Shown: positions 1 to 11,874, counted from the first letter of the stretch. The stretch is 64,000 nucleotides of DNA from an uncultured Chloroflexia bacterium (GCA_963748625.1 CAVVJT010000007.1:1-64000); one strand, 5' to 3'. A program made the numbers and translations. Notes: generated from the sequence alone by a model not told the origin.

Positions 1-507
1 TAAAGTCCTGTCAGCGCAACATCCCTACTGGTAAGGTCTAGGACCGGGGCACCCGGAATCAGTGACGCCGTGTGCCCATCAGTCCCAAGACCGAGGTGAA
101 CAAGATCAATAACCGGCGGATACCCTGCTATCGCACATAACGTGTTTTCGTATTGAATGGCGGCAGAGAAAAGGTCTTGATCTTCAACCGGCATCGCGTG
201 AACATGCTCCGTGACTACTGGGACCTTATCCAGAATGGTTTCTCGCAGAAGCTCAATATTTCGGTCCGGATGTCCATGCGGGGCCACTCTCTCGTCTACC
301 TGGAAAAAATGCGTTTTATGCCACGGCACGTCTTCATTCACGAGCGAATTCAACATAGGCTTGGGTGTGCTTCCCCCGCTCACAGCCATAATGAAACGCC
401 CTCGTTCGGCGCCAGCCACCCTTGCCTCCGCAGCGATCATCCCGGCGGCGCTTACCGCCAGTGAATTGATATTGTCAAAAACCCTGATCTCCATACTTTA
501 TGTCCAT
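1..507 (-). CDS. pgl: 6-phosphogluconolactonase (3' end outside window)
   Basis: Manual minus-strand translation: MAVSGGSTP, FFQVDER, DLVHLGLGTDGHTASL; follows gnd. Confidence 0.9.
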
Positions 508-569
508 TCCGTCTAACGCATGCTCCATCAATGGTTACTCTTGACGAGAATCTCGTCCGGCGCCCTTTT

Positions 570-1589
570 TCATTTGGCATGTTTCTCTTGGTGTCCGCCA
601 AACTCGAATCGCATGGCCGATATCAACTTATCGGCGAACTCCGCTCCTGCACGAGAGTTGAACCTCTCGAACAGCGCCGCGGTGGAAACAGGGGCCGGGA
701 CGTCCTCGTCAATTGCAGCCTTGATTGTCCAGCGTCCTTCACCCGAATCTGAAACCCTGCCGCTAAACCCGACAAGATCCGGGTCATTTAGCAGTGCCTT
801 AGCTGTCAAATCGAGCAGCCAGGAAGAAATCACGCTGCCGCGCCTCCAGACTTCAGCTATGCCTACCAAGTCCAGTTCATATTGATATTCCTCTGGATTA
901 CGAAGTGGTGTTGTCTCTGCGTCTACCGCCCGTTCAAGCCTGCCCGCGTTTGCGTGTCGTAAAATGTTGAAACCCTCGGCATAGGCCTGCATGAGTCCGT
1001 ATTCAATGCCGTTGTGAACCATCTTCACAAAATGGCCCGCCCCATGAGAACCGCAATACAAATACCCGAGTTCCACGGTCCCGGCCATCTTCTCAACCCC
1101 AGGAAGACGGGGCGCAGCGTCTATACCAGGAGCGAGGGCGCTAAAAATGGGGTCGAGGCGTCCGACAGTAGCTTCCTCACCACCGATCATCAGGCAGTAA
1201 CCCCTTTCCAAACCCCATACCCCACCACTTGTGCCGCAATCGACGAAATGGATCCCCATCGGCTTCAGTTCTTTGGCTCTTCGAATATCATCAATATAAT
1301 ACGAATTGCCTCCGTCTACGATTATGTCTCCTTTTTCAAGATGGGCGCAAAGATTATGCAGTGTTTCATCTACTACCGCAGCAGGAATCATCAACCATAT
1401 CAAACGAGGCGGGAGCAGCTTGGAAACGAACTCTTCCAGTGATGAAGCCGCAACGGCGCCGGTCTCCTTCGCAAAAGCATCCCTCGTTTTTGAGGTGGTG
1501 GCGTATCCGATGACTTCATGACCAGCGTTTATCAAACGTCGGGCCATGTTTCCGCCCATCCTTCCCAGACCGATCATCCCCAATTGCAT
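570..1589 (-). CDS. gnd: 6-phosphogluconate dehydrogenase, decarboxylating (short type)
   Basis: GLGRMG, VDGGNS, GTSGG, GHFVKMVHNGIEYG, SDSGEGRW. Confidence 0.95.
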   Translation of the reverse strand: MQLGMIGLGRMGGNMARRLINAGHEVIGYATTSKTRDAFAKETGAVAASSLEEFVSKLLPPRLIWLMIPAAVVDETLHNLCAHLEKGDIIVDGGNSYYIDDIRRAKELKPMGIHFVDCGTSGGVWGLERGYCLMIGGEEATVGRLDPIFSALAPGIDAAPRLPGVEKMAGTVELGYLYCGSHGAGHFVKMVHNGIEYGLMQAYAEGFNILRHANAGRLERAVDAETTPLRNPEEYQYELDLVGIAEVWRRGSVISSWLLDLTAKALLNDPDLVGFSGRVSDSGEGRWTIKAAIDEDVPAPVSTAALFERFNSRAGAEFADKLISAMRFEFGGHQEKHAK

Positions 1590-1659
1590 GTTTAATTCCT
1601 TTCAGCCGATCATTGATGATCCAATGGCCCACCGATTAAAACTCAGTTCCTGAAAAAAG

Positions 1660-3305
1660 CTAGAAAAGTCTCTTGAATTTCCTGCAGCGCTCTATGAGGT
1701 TGTTTGTCGAGCTATCGTGATACAGGTCAGGCTCAAGATCGCTCTCAAGCTCAGGTATTATCTTCTGGGCAAGCGCTTTTCCAAGCTCAACGCCCCACTG
1801 ATCAAACGAGTCAATTTGCCAGAGGATACCCTGTGTAAAAACACTGTGCTCATACAGGGCGACAAGCTTGCCCAGAATCGCTGGAGTGAGCCGTTCGGCA
1901 AGGATCACGCTGGATGGCCTGTTCCCTTCAAAAACCTTGTGCGGGGCCAGCCAGTCAGAGACTCCATCCGCCTTTACTTCTTCGAGTGTTTTACCAAAAG
2001 CCAATGCCTCAGCCTGGGCTATGACATTTGCCAGCAGCATTTCGTGATGCCGCCCCAAGGGATTGAGTGACCGGGCGAACAATATGAAATCGCACGGGAT
2101 GCGCCTGGTCCCCTGGTGGATCAACTGGTAAAAGGAATGCTGTCCGTTGGTTCCGGGTTCGCCCCAGTATATTGGACTCGTCTGATAATCAATTCTCTCC
2201 CCATCAACAGTTACGCATTTACCGTTGCTCTCCATTGTTAACTGTTGCAGGTACGCAGGGAGACGCTTCAGATATTGATCGTACAGGCAGAAACGGCGAC
2301 GGTGTCGGCTCCGAAAAAATTATTGCGCCATATTGCCAAAAGACCCATTAGAATAGGGAGGTTCCGGTCGAACGGGGTTGTTCGGAAATGTTCGTCCATT
2401 TGGTGAAAACCATCCACAAGTTCGAGAAAGTTTTTCGGACCTATCGCAATCATTGTTGACAGCCCTATCGCTGAGTCCATTGAGTAACGTCCGCCAACCC
2501 AATCCCAAAACTCGAACATGTTGGTGGTGTCAATTCCAAAATCCGCTACTTCTTTCGAATTTGTCGAAACGGCCACGAAATGCCGCTCCACCGCTTTTTC
2601 ATCCCCGTCAAAAGCTTGAATCAACCAGGAACACGCGGTCTGTGCGTTTGTCATGGTTTCCAGAGTGGTGAAGGTCTTTGAAGACACGATGAAGAGCGTT
2701 TCCGAAGGGTCAAGACCCTGCGAGGCCTCGGCAAAGTCGGTTCCATCAATGTTGGAAACGAACCGGAATGTCATTGTGCGTTCGCTATAATGTTTCAAGG
2801 CTTCGTAGGCCATTACCGGCCCTAAATCTGATCCACCGATTCCGATGTTGATCACGTTGCGAATACGCTTGCCGGAATAGCCCTTCCATTGACCGCCTCT
2901 CACCCTGTTCGCAAAGTCGGCCATTTTATCGAGTACTGCATGGACCATGGGCACAACATCCACACCCTCGACCATTATCGATGAACCCCTGGGAGCGCGT
3001 AAAGCTACATGCAATACCGATCTATTCTCTGTTATATTGATCTTGTCCCCTCGAAACATTGCGTCGATCATGCTTCGCAACCCCGATTCCTCCGCCAGTT
3101 GCAACAAAAGAGCTATTGTCTCGTACGTAATGATATTTTTCGAATAATCGAGATAAATGCCGGCCGCCTCGGCTGTCATTCGCTCCCCCCGCTCGGGGTC
3201 GTCAGCAAACAGGTCACGCAGGCTTATTCCCCGCATTTTTTCATAATGGACCTTGAGATCCTTCCATGCGTTGAGTTCAGTAATTGATTTGACCTTTCCT
3301 TCCAT
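1660..3305 (-). CDS. pgi: Glucose-6-phosphate isomerase, frameshifted near 2285 (likely sequencing indel)
   Basis: [25 protein letters not shown] in ORF 2268-3305; [22 protein letters not shown] in ORF 1660-2235; the linker LPYDQYL..QQL reads in the shifted frame. Confidence 0.93.
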
Positions 3306-3494
3306 GTTCCCACTCCCTAATCATCTTGTTGGTTGTCAGTAGCATTACTTACAAATACCTCGCCGAAGCCGTTAAGCATTCATGGGGGTCTCAATCCTGA
3401 CCGCCTATCCTCAATGGCCTAAATTGTCGGGATAATGTATCATTGGCAGCGTCATGTCATACTCTTTCTGAATTAGCCTCATATAGGATATCCT

Positions 3495-6445
3495 ATGAAT
3501 GACATCCTCGAAAACAAAATAAGAGAGATCGGACGAGAAATATATTCGCTTATGGGACATGAAGTTCCCTCCATGTTTGACAGAAAAAGCTGGAATGGTC
3601 GGCTGACCGAGTGGGTTATGAAGGATGAGCCCCTCAAGGTCCGACTCTTCCGGTTTGTTGATGTCCTCCCCTGCCTTAAAACTAATTCCATGGTCACAAA
3701 AATGCTGAATGAATATTTCTCGGACCTTCCGGAAAATCCCTTCATTAAGGGAATAGGAGCTGTTTCTGGACTGGCTCCATTCCTCGCCGCAAAAGCGGTA
3801 CGTCACAGGCGTCCAATCCATGGCGGCGCAATTTGTAGCGGGACACGATGAATATGAGGCCATGAAAGTATTCCTGAAACTCCGGAAGCAGGGTATAGCG
3901 TTCAGCGCTGATCTTTTAGGTGAAGTCGTACTAAGTGACAAAGAAGCTTCAGAGTATACCGAACGATACGAAAAACTGATTTCTCGCTTGAGCGAAGAAA
4001 CGTCAAACTGGCCTGAGAACCCTACTCTGGATTTTGACACTCATGGTCCCATACCTATGTTTGATGTGTCGTTGAAGATTTCTTCTTTCTGTCCGCATAT
4101 TGATCCGATGGACTGGGAAGGTTCGATTGAAAATGCCATAGCCGGCCTTTCTTCGGTCGTCATTATGGCGACCAAACTCGGCGGATCCATTACGCTGGAC
4201 ATGGAACATTATTATTTCAAGGATCTCACAATAGAAATATTGGACAGGTTGCTAGGCAAATTTCCTGATATCAGGTTTCCCGGCATAGCCCTTCAGGCGT
4301 ACCTCCCCGAAACCAGGGGAGATCTATTTAGAGTAATCCAGATGGCGAAGAAATCTGGACGCAGAGTTTTGTTGCGGTTAGTAAAAGGCGCATACTGGGA
4401 CTATGAGACAGTTGTGAACAGACAGAAGGGATGGCCTGTCCCGGTATTCCTGAAAAAGGAAGAAACTGACTCCAATTATGAAGATTTGACAAGAATCGTG
4501 CTTGAGAACATTGAGTACGTACATTCCGGCCATCGCCAGTCATAACATAAGGAGTATCAGCCACGCCGTTGCCGTTGCCGACTCGATGAAGCTGCCATCA
4601 GGGGCGTTCGAATTCCAGATGATCTTCGGCATGGCTGAGCCAGTCAGATCAGCTCTGAAAAATATGAATTTCAGGGTCCGCTCCTATACTCCAGTCGGAG
4701 AATTAATCCCCGGCATGGCCTATCTTATAAGAAGACTCTTGGAAAACACCTCCAATCAATCGTTCCTCCGTAAATCCTTTTCCGATCAGCTCGGTTTGGA
4801 TGAACTTCTTAAGCCCCCTCAGCCAGTTTCGGAAGTCGTAGATTCGCCAATCTTGGCGCATGGATTCTCCAACGAACCTCTGACGGATTTTTCAAAGGCG
4901 GAAAATCGTAGGAATATGGAACAAGCGCTTGAACAGGTCAGGAAAGATTTCACCAAAAGGTATCCGCTGTCAATTGGCGGTCGGGATGTTTGGACGGATC
5001 ATAACATTGTTTCGGTTAATCCGGCAAAACCCGATGAAGTAGTCGGACTCGTCAGCTGTGGCTCAATTGAACAGGCCGAAAACGCCATTGACGTGGCTCG
5101 CCTGGCATGGGCCCAATGGAGAAACGCTCCTGTTGAAAAGAGAGCGGAATACATGTTTCAGGCGGCAGAGGAGATCAGGAAAAGACGCTTTGAGCTTATG
5201 GCGCTTGAGGTGTCCCACGAAGTCGGAAAGACTTGGTCAGAGGCTGATGGAGACTTGTCAGAGGCGATAGATCATCTCGAATATTACGCCAGAGAGATGA
5301 TCAGGCTCAGCCGGGTGGACCTACCCGGGCATTATCCCGGCGAGGACAACGAATATTACTATGAAGGACGAGGCGTTGCGGCTCTGATATCACCGTGGAA
5401 CTTTCCACTCGCAATACCGGCCGGCATGGTTTCTGCGGCCTTGGTGACAGGGAACTGCGTGATTTTCAAACCTTCCAGTCTGGCGCCTGTTTTGGGTTGG
5501 CGTCTCGTCGACATCTTCAGATCAGCGGGGCTTCCATCAGGAGTGCTTAGTCTCGTTCCTGGTTCAGGTCACGAAATAGGAGAACTTCTCGTGTCCCATC
5601 CTGGTGTAGATCTGGTTGCGTTTACAGGCTCCATGGAAGTTGGGCTTAGGATCGTCAACCTCTCCGGCCGTACGCCGCATCGGGGACAGTTCAATGTCAA
5701 ACGGGTAATAGCTGACATGGGCGGCAAAAACGCCATCATTGTAGACGAGACGGCAGACATGGATGAGGCGGTCAAAGGAGTGATTGAATCCGCTTTCGGT
5801 TTTCAGGGCCAAAAATGCTCGGCGTGTTCAAGAGCAATCGTGGTTGGCGAAGCGTATGAAGAATTCTGTGAGCGACTCAAACAAGCGGCGGAAGAGTATC
5901 GTAATTGGCCGACCCGAAAACCCCGGTGTCTTCATGGGGCCGGTTATAGATGAAGGCGCAGTTCAAAAGATCAGGGGCTACATCGAGTTGGGCAAAAAGA
6001 GGCCAAAACCTTGCTAGTAAGGAATGTTGACGTTGGTGATGGTCACTTCGTGGGCCCGGCGATATTTACAGATGTAAGCCCTGATTCGAGGCTTGCCCAA
6101 GAAGAGATATTTGGACCGGTCCTTGTCGTCATGGAAACACCGGACCTGGACGGTGCGCTCGGAATAGCTAACGGGACACCTTATGCGCTTACAGGCGGAA
6201 TGTTTTCAAGGAGTCCAGCGAACATTGAGAAGGCTAAGGATAATTTCAGGGTCGGCAATCTATACATAAATCGGAAGATAACAGGGGCGCTGGTAGGGCG
6301 GCAGCCTTTCGGCGGCTTCGGAATGTCCGGAATCGGTTACAAAGCAGGCGGTCCCGATTATCTGCCTCAATTCATGAATGCCAAAAGCGTCAGCGAAAAT
6401 ACTCTAAGGAGGGGCTTTGCCCCCAGTGGGCCTCAAGATAATTAA
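3495..6445 (+). CDS. putA: Bifunctional proline dehydrogenase / P5C dehydrogenase, several frameshifts
   Basis: LFRFVDVLP, DLLGE, LDME, RLVKGAYWD, ASHN, RRLLEN, SPWNFPLAI, FTGS, MGGKN, GQKCSACSR, EEIFGPV spread over five consecutive reading frames. Confidence 0.92.
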
Positions 6446-6481
6446 AGAACGACCGTAGAGGCAAATGGAGGATCAAATCAG

Positions 6482-7093
6482 ATGACCAACGAAAGAAAAA
6501 CAATCGCTCCAGAATGCGCTACATGCCCGAACCAGATGCCGGACATGGCCTGCATGCGTGAAGGCGGTTCGACTCATAAAGGCTGTCCTACCGTCAGCCG
6601 AAAGGGCTACTGGCAAAGGCCAACCGTCAGTATGCAGACCCTGAAATTGGTAAGTTTGCGCATAATGCATCTGTGCAGGAAGCCGAATGCTATGCGAACA
6701 GGCAGGAACGCCCCAGTATGTCATGCAACCCACCAAGACCCGGATAACCGAGATCTGCGAATTTGCCAAACGCATCAGATTCACCAATCGTATGTTTCCT
6801 GTGTCGGCCTGAAAAACGAGGCTGCCATTGTGGACCGGATATTGAGGAAAAATGATTTTGATGTGGTTTCAGTTTGTTGCAAAGCTGGCAGGAGCCTCAA
6901 AAGACCTTATCGGTATAGAGGACAAAGACAAGATCTTTCAGGGAACTGATGAAGCGATGTGCAACCCGGTTTTCCAGGCCATGGCGCTTAACGAGGAAAA
7001 GACCGATTTTAATGTTCTGCTTGGGCTTTGTGTTGGGCATGATTCCTTATTTTTCAAACATGCCGAGGCATACACCACTGTCCTGGCGGTTAA
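6482..7093 (+). CDS. DUF1847-family Cys-rich metal-binding protein, frameshifted and truncated at the junction
   Basis: SVCCKAG; MCNPVFQA..LN..TDFNVLLGLCVGHDSLF..TTVLAV; the expected C-terminus is absent. Confidence 0.8.
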
Positions 7094-7110
7094 TGCCGAT
7101 ATCGCCCTTC
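7085..7110. other. Abrupt composition break / probable chimeric junction
   Basis: GC content and codon style change from moderate to very high GC; the genes on both sides are cut here; no mobile-element end visible. Confidence 0.85.
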
Positions 7111-7924
7111 AGCTCGCTGAAGGTGTGGAACGACGGCCGGTCGTGGCCTGTCGGCCCACCAGCGAGGCTGTCGAGCAGGAGATCGATGTGCGTCGGATCG
7201 GGCGTTGGCCTACCGGTCGTGAACGCCCAGACTTCCGGGTTCCGCAGGTCCCGCTCGAAGGCGTCCCACTGCGCGGCGATCTCACGGGACCGGTCGCCAC
7301 GGACCGTCTCGCGCCGGCTCCGCGAGAGCAGCATCGCCTTGACCAGTTCGGCATCCGTCAACGGAATTCGCCCGATGTTGAGCCGCCTCGAAGAGGTCGT
7401 TCTCGTTGACGTCTTCTGGTGCCTCGGTACCAGATGACCTTCACATCCTCGAACAGCGCGCCCCGTAGAACCGGTTCGCGACGTACTGGCGCTTGTCTCG
7501 TGCGCGCCGACCACTGCTGGATGCAACGGTACGCGCCGAAGATGTGGAAGTAGTCGATGTTGTCCTCGCTCTTGGCCGCAGTGGGCTCCTCGAGGTACCC
7601 GGCGCTGCCCGGGCGCGTCTCGTACTCGATCGAGTACGTGGCCCCCGCGTTCTGCAGTCGCTCCAGCCACATGTACTGGAAGATCAGGTAGAGCGTGGTC
7701 AGGCGCTGCTGGCCATCGACCAGTTCAAGTGCACCGTCGGGACGCTTCTTCACCACGATCGGCTGGAGGTAGTACGGGCTGCCGCGGCCCTCCCAGATGT
7801 CGTCCAGCAGGCTGCGCACCTCGAGCTCGCCCCAACGGTAGCCCCGCTGGTACGCGGGCACGAAGAAGCGCTCGCTGATCTCGCCGACGAGCCGGGGCTC
7901 CAGGCGGACGTGCGGTTCAGCCAA
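7094..7924 (-). CDS. DUF262 (GmrSD N-terminal/ParB-like) protein, frameshifted and truncated
   Basis: VPAYQRGYRW, YYLQPIVV, LVDGQQRLTT; RLNIGRIPLTDAELVKA continues in another frame. Confidence 0.88.
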
Positions 7925-8119
7925 GGTCAGGACCTCTCCGTGCGCAGGCGTGATGGTGTGGGCGAGCGGTGGTCAACTGGTCGCGCCGAGGCCCCGGCCG
8001 CAGCGAGCGCAGAAGACGCCATCCTGCTGTGGGGCGTGCCGCACCCGTGATGCGAAGCCCGCGTGTTCCCCCATCGCATGCTCCCGCTACTAGACGATTG
8101 CCGGGACGCGACCAGAGAG

Positions 8120-8153
8120 ATGATGCAGGCCCGCGTGACAGGTTGCCGGTCAA
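8120..8153 (-). promoter_or_regulatory. Shared 34-bp promoter motif, copy 1 (upstream of DUF262)
   Basis: Sense strand TTGACC-GGCAACC-TGTCAC-N9-CATCAT. Confidence 0.55.
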
Positions 8154-8199
8154 TCTCGTGGGCAAGGCCAACTGCCCGTCGACCTGAACGCAACAGGAC

Positions 8200-8763
8200 T
8201 CACCAGCCGAGCGGTCGCCGCCGTCGCGCCGACAGCGTCACCCGGAGATGGGTCGGCAGCCGGCCCTGGAGGTTCAGGGGCGGGTCCATCCGGTCCAGGA
8301 TCGCGTGCTCCAGCGCCGGTAGCGAGGCCCGATCTGGCTCCGGCACCACGGCGACCGACAGGTGCTGGCGCATCCACGCGGACAGGCGCGCCTCACCGTC
8401 GCCCGAGAGCGCCCTCCCGCCTTCGTCGAGCAGGTGCAGTCGGCGTGCGAGGAGCGCCGCCAGCGTCATGCGGAACGTCGACCCGGTGATCGTCCCGCCC
8501 AGGTGGTTGCGGCGGATGCGGCTGCCCAGGCTGGCGCTGCTGGTGCCGGCGCCCGCCTGGCCCGCGTAGATCAGGCCGGGCAGGATGCGCTCGAGCGCGC
8601 CCTCGGACAGCTCCGTCGCCCCTTCGACATCGACGAACCAGGCGTAGACGCCGGGCTGGCGGGTGGCATCTGCCGCTGGCGTGAAGGCGGAAGCCGCGAT
8701 CCGGTTCGCCTCGTCGAGGAGGCTCGCAGCCACCTCATCGGCATCGCGGGGTCGGGCGGTCAC
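8200..8763 (-). CDS. GIY-YIG family nuclease
   Basis: PGVYAWF...LIYAGQA...RIRRNH..STFR..LE..PPLN. Confidence 0.8.
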   Translation of the reverse strand: MTARPRDADEVAASLLDEANRIAASAFTPAADATRQPGVYAWFVDVEGATELSEGALERILPGLIYAGQAGAGTSSASLGSRIRRNHLGGTITGSTFRMTLAALLARRLHLLDEGGRALSGDGEARLSAWMRQHLSVAVVPEPDRASLPALEHAILDRMDPPLNLQGRLPTHLRVTLSARRRRPLGW

Positions 8764-8770
8764 GTTCGTC

Positions 8771-9409
8771 CTAGTGCGCTGCCCAGTAGGCGTGGACGTC
8801 GGTCACGGCCCGCTCCCAGGCGGCCTCGAGGGACTCGCCGGGCTGCGCATAGCCCACCTCCTCCAGCGCGGGCAGGAAGCCCTCGGCGGGCATGCCGGTG
8901 GCCTTGCTCACCACCAGCGCGGTCAGGGGCGGACGGCCGGCGGTCGCCTCGTCTAGGGCGATCGTGTGCAGGAACCTGCCGACGTGGCCGCGATTGGTCT
9001 GCAGCTGCTCGTACGTGAGCGTCAGGCCTTCCCGGGCGGCGTCGATGATGCGCTGGTGCACCGCCTCGAGTGCCGCGGATCGCTCGGTCGGGAGCGGTCG
9101 ATCGGCGGACGCCCGCACTGCCCGCGGGGCGACCCGGCTGACGGCTGCGCGGGCGATCTCCCCCTCGGGCCGCCGCGCAAGGAGGCGCAGCGCCCGGACC
9201 GCCTCGTCGCGCGCGTCGGGCTGCGTCATCGCCAGGCGCTCGAGCCATGCCGAGACGGAGTCCAGCAGGTCCGGGCGCTTGCGGGCGGCGTCAACCAGGA
9301 CGGCGATGCAGGCGGAGCCGTGCTCGAGGAACGGATCGCGCAGGGTGATGCGATCGGCCGGCGCCGCATCGAGGAGCTCGCCGAGCAGATCGTCAAGTGA
9401 TCGCGTCAC
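8771..9409 (-). CDS. Hypothetical protein with C-terminal winged-helix-like domain
   Basis: GTG start after an AGGAG-like RBS; C-terminal LTYEQL..GRFL..GRPPLTALVVSKATGMP motif; co-oriented with GIY-YIG. Confidence 0.6.
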   Translation of the reverse strand: MTRSLDDLLGELLDAAPADRITLRDPFLEHGSACIAVLVDAARKRPDLLDSVSAWLERLAMTQPDARDEAVRALRLLARRPEGEIARAAVSRVAPRAVRASADRPLPTERSAALEAVHQRIIDAAREGLTLTYEQLQTNRGHVGRFLHTIALDEATAGRPPLTALVVSKATGMPAEGFLPALEEVGYAQPGESLEAAWERAVTDVHAYWAAH

Positions 9410-9546
9410 GGTGCGTTCTCCTGCGCTGGCTGGTTGACCGCGTTGGGCGGGCTGGGGGCGCGTTCCCGCCCGATCCCCCGCTGGCCACCCGATGGCTCCC
9501 ATCATGCACCGCAGCACACCGATACGGAGCCGCATCACGACGGGGC

Positions 9547-9580
9547 GTGCCACACAGCTGACACAGGACCGCGCGAATGT
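9547..9580 (+). promoter_or_regulatory. Shared 34-bp promoter motif, copy 2
   Basis: GTGCCA-CACAGC-TGACAC-N10-GAATGT. Confidence 0.5.
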
Positions 9581-9618
9581 GCGAGTGTTCGAGGGCGTCC
9601 AGGTATCGGGAGGGAATC

Positions 9619-10092
9619 GTGGATCGATCCAGCCAGCTGGCCAAGGCGAACGCGTCGCTGCAGGAGAGCTGGAACACGCTCGAGCGCACGCTGGCCGCCG
9701 CGAGCGCCGGAAGCACATATCTCGCCAGCCGGCGGGGCGAGGTCCTCGCCTGGCGTGAGCTCATGGCGCCGTGGCGCGAGGGTGCGACCGGCGCGAAACG
9801 CACCATTGCCCTGGCTTCCGAAATGGAGCGCCACCTGGCCGACTTGCAAGCAGGCTATGAGGCCGAGCGGGCCCAGGCCGCCGTCGAGGCCGCGGCCAAC
9901 CGGGCCGAGATCGAGCGCCAGGCTGAGGCCGCCAGGAGGGCTGTCGACGCCGTGGAGCACCGGCGCCTGATGGCCGGGTCTGCCGAGATCGTCCGCCGCC
10001 AGGCCGCCGACGACGCACGTGGACACCGATCCTCAGCAGCCGTGGCGTCGCTGTTCGCCCCGGGCGACCTCGTCGACGCCGGTCCCGGGTAG
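9619..10092 (+). CDS. Hypothetical coiled-coil protein
   Basis: GGGAGGG RBS before GTG; high GC3; Ala/Glu/Arg-rich helical sequence. Confidence 0.55.
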   Translation: MDRSSQLAKANASLQESWNTLERTLAAASAGSTYLASRRGEVLAWRELMAPWREGATGAKRTIALASEMERHLADLQAGYEAERAQAAVEAAANRAEIERQAEAARRAVDAVEHRRLMAGSAEIVRRQAADDARGHRSSAAVASLFAPGDLVDAGPG

Positions 10093-10250
10093 GCGAAGCT
10101 GGCGCTCTACCCCGACGACCAGCAGGTGGGCATGCTGCTTCCGCCTGCTTGCGCAGTGGAAGCACGTGGTCCGGCCCTGCGCCAGCGACATCGGCTGGAT
10201 CAACCATCGGCCTGCGAGGGCCTCTGCAGGCGGTTCGGATCAGCGTTCGG

Positions 10251-10575
10251 CTAGGGCGCGTGATTGCGGCTGCACGACCAGCGATCGTGGCGCCAGTAGC
10301 GACCGGGGTTCTGGCACGGCCTCCCGGCCCTCGTCAGGAACTGGCACGGTCCCTGGGCAGGGGGAGGCGGACCCGAACTGTGCACGTCGTCGTTCACCCC
10401 AGTCCGACGTTCGGAAGGCTCAGCCCTCGCCGCCGCGAATGCCTCGGCGAGAAGTTCATCGCGCGGATCAGACGGCACGGGCGTACACGGTGCGGCTCTC
10501 CGCGAGCGCTGCAGTCAGGATCGAGCGGGGAATGCTGCCGTACCGGAACGGCTCTCCGCTGTCCGGCGTGCTCAT
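10251..10575 (-). CDS. Small hypothetical protein with Cys/His-rich C-terminus, possibly frameshifted
   Basis: CQFLTRAGRPCQNPGRYWRHDRWSCSRNH; an ATG at 10575 lies in a different frame. Confidence 0.3.
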
Positions 10576-10616
10576 GGGTCGGTTTGTTCTCACACAGTGG
10601 CCCGCACGGCCTGCTC

Positions 10617-11786
10617 TCAACGCGCGTCAGCCTCAGCGCGTCGCATGTCGCCCATCAGGTCGACGAAGGCGGCTAGGAACCGATCGCGCGCCGATGAGGG
10701 CCGCAGCACGGCGAGCGGGAATGTCGGCATTGCGCTGTGCTTGTCGGGCGGGATGCCGATCCCCTCGATGGCGTTGAGCCTCGCGATGAACGCATCGCGC
10801 ACTCCCTCACTGGACAGGTACTCCCGACGCCGCCACGTGGAGAACTGGAGTTCGACCCGCTCGGCGCCACCGTCGCCGAACCGTTGGTAGAGACTGAACA
10901 GCGGGACGAAGACTCCGAACGCGTCAGCGTGAACGTGGAGCGCACCAACAGCGCCGCCCTTGCCCATCGACACCCGCCCGATGCCGGCGTCCAGGGCGCC
11001 GGTGACCAGCGCCCTTCCGACGGGCTCCACGTCACCGAGGCCGGCGAAGAACGCGTCCTCGTCCCACTGGCGCCCCGCGCCCCGCACGCCGCCCTTCTTG
11101 CGCTCGGCGTCCGCGGTGCGCCCGATGACGGTGGGCACCAGGGTCTTGAGGTCGTGGCCTTCGGCGTCCTTGCCCACGAACTGCGGGATGGCGATGGCGA
11201 TGACCTCGGCCGGGTCCATCTGGCCGTTGAGGAACTCCACGATGCGCTGGAGCTCGGGCGGGATCTCGTCCGCCACGAAGACGAGGCGGATCCTGCCCGC
11301 TTGGAGGTTGGTCTTGGCCGTCATCCAGAAGGCGTCAGGATCGATGTCGGGCCCAAGGGCCTCGGCCATGACGTCGGCCGGGTCGCGCTTGTCGCGCCGG
11401 CAGCGCTCGTCGAACCAGCCACGGATCTGCTCGATGGGCAGGTAGACGACGGCGTTCGCCGCGTAGTCCAGCATCTGGCCGACGACCTCGCGGCGGATCC
11501 GGGTGTCGGAGCTGCGCTTGACCTCCACCAGGGTGGGGATCGCGTCCTGGTCCAGGAACAGGTGGTCCAGCGACCAGCGCGCCCCGGCATCCTCGCGGTC
11601 CGCGAGCCCCGCCTCCTTCTTCACGAGAAGCCAGCGGCGCGGCGCCGTGGGGTTGACGCCGTCGCCCGCGAGGAGCGAGGGGTACTTCGCGAGCAGGTCC
11701 TGGAGGTGCGCCTCGAGGAGGTAGCCCTCCTGGCGCATCTCGACGAGGTCGTCGTCGCCCTTGAGCACGAAGATGGATCCGCTCAC
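10617..11786 (-). CDS. PD-(D/E)XK (NucS/EndoMS-like) nuclease domain protein
   Basis: LEAHLQ..LDHLFLD..LVEVKR..EVVGQMLDYA; AAGGAG RBS. Confidence 0.78.
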   Translation of the reverse strand: MSGSIFVLKGDDDLVEMRQEGYLLEAHLQDLLAKYPSLLAGDGVNPTAPRRWLLVKKEAGLADREDAGARWSLDHLFLDQDAIPTLVEVKRSSDTRIRREVVGQMLDYAANAVVYLPIEQIRGWFDERCRRDKRDPADVMAEALGPDIDPDAFWMTAKTNLQAGRIRLVFVADEIPPELQRIVEFLNGQMDPAEVIAIAIPQFVGKDAEGHDLKTLVPTVIGRTADAERKKGGVRGAGRQWDEDAFFAGLGDVEPVGRALVTGALDAGIGRVSMGKGGAVGALHVHADAFGVFVPLFSLYQRFGDGGAERVELQFSTWRRREYLSSEGVRDAFIARLNAIEGIGIPPDKHSAMPTFPLAVLRPSSARDRFLAAFVDLMGDMRRAEADAR

Positions 11787-11840
11787 TGGTTGCGCTCCTT
11801 GCTGGCGGCCGCGACCCGGTCGGTGTGCGCACCAGGACGA

Positions 11841-11874
11841 ATGATGGCGGGTCGTGCGTCAGGTTGTGTGGCAC
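11841..11874 (-). promoter_or_regulatory. Shared 34-bp promoter motif, copy 3
   Basis: Sense strand GTGCCA-CACAACC-TGACGC-N9-CATCAT. Confidence 0.6.

Noticed and set aside
6852-7409. ORF reading across 7093 as a novel fusion protein
   Set aside because: It is a product of the chimeric junction; the second half is antisense DUF262 sequence.
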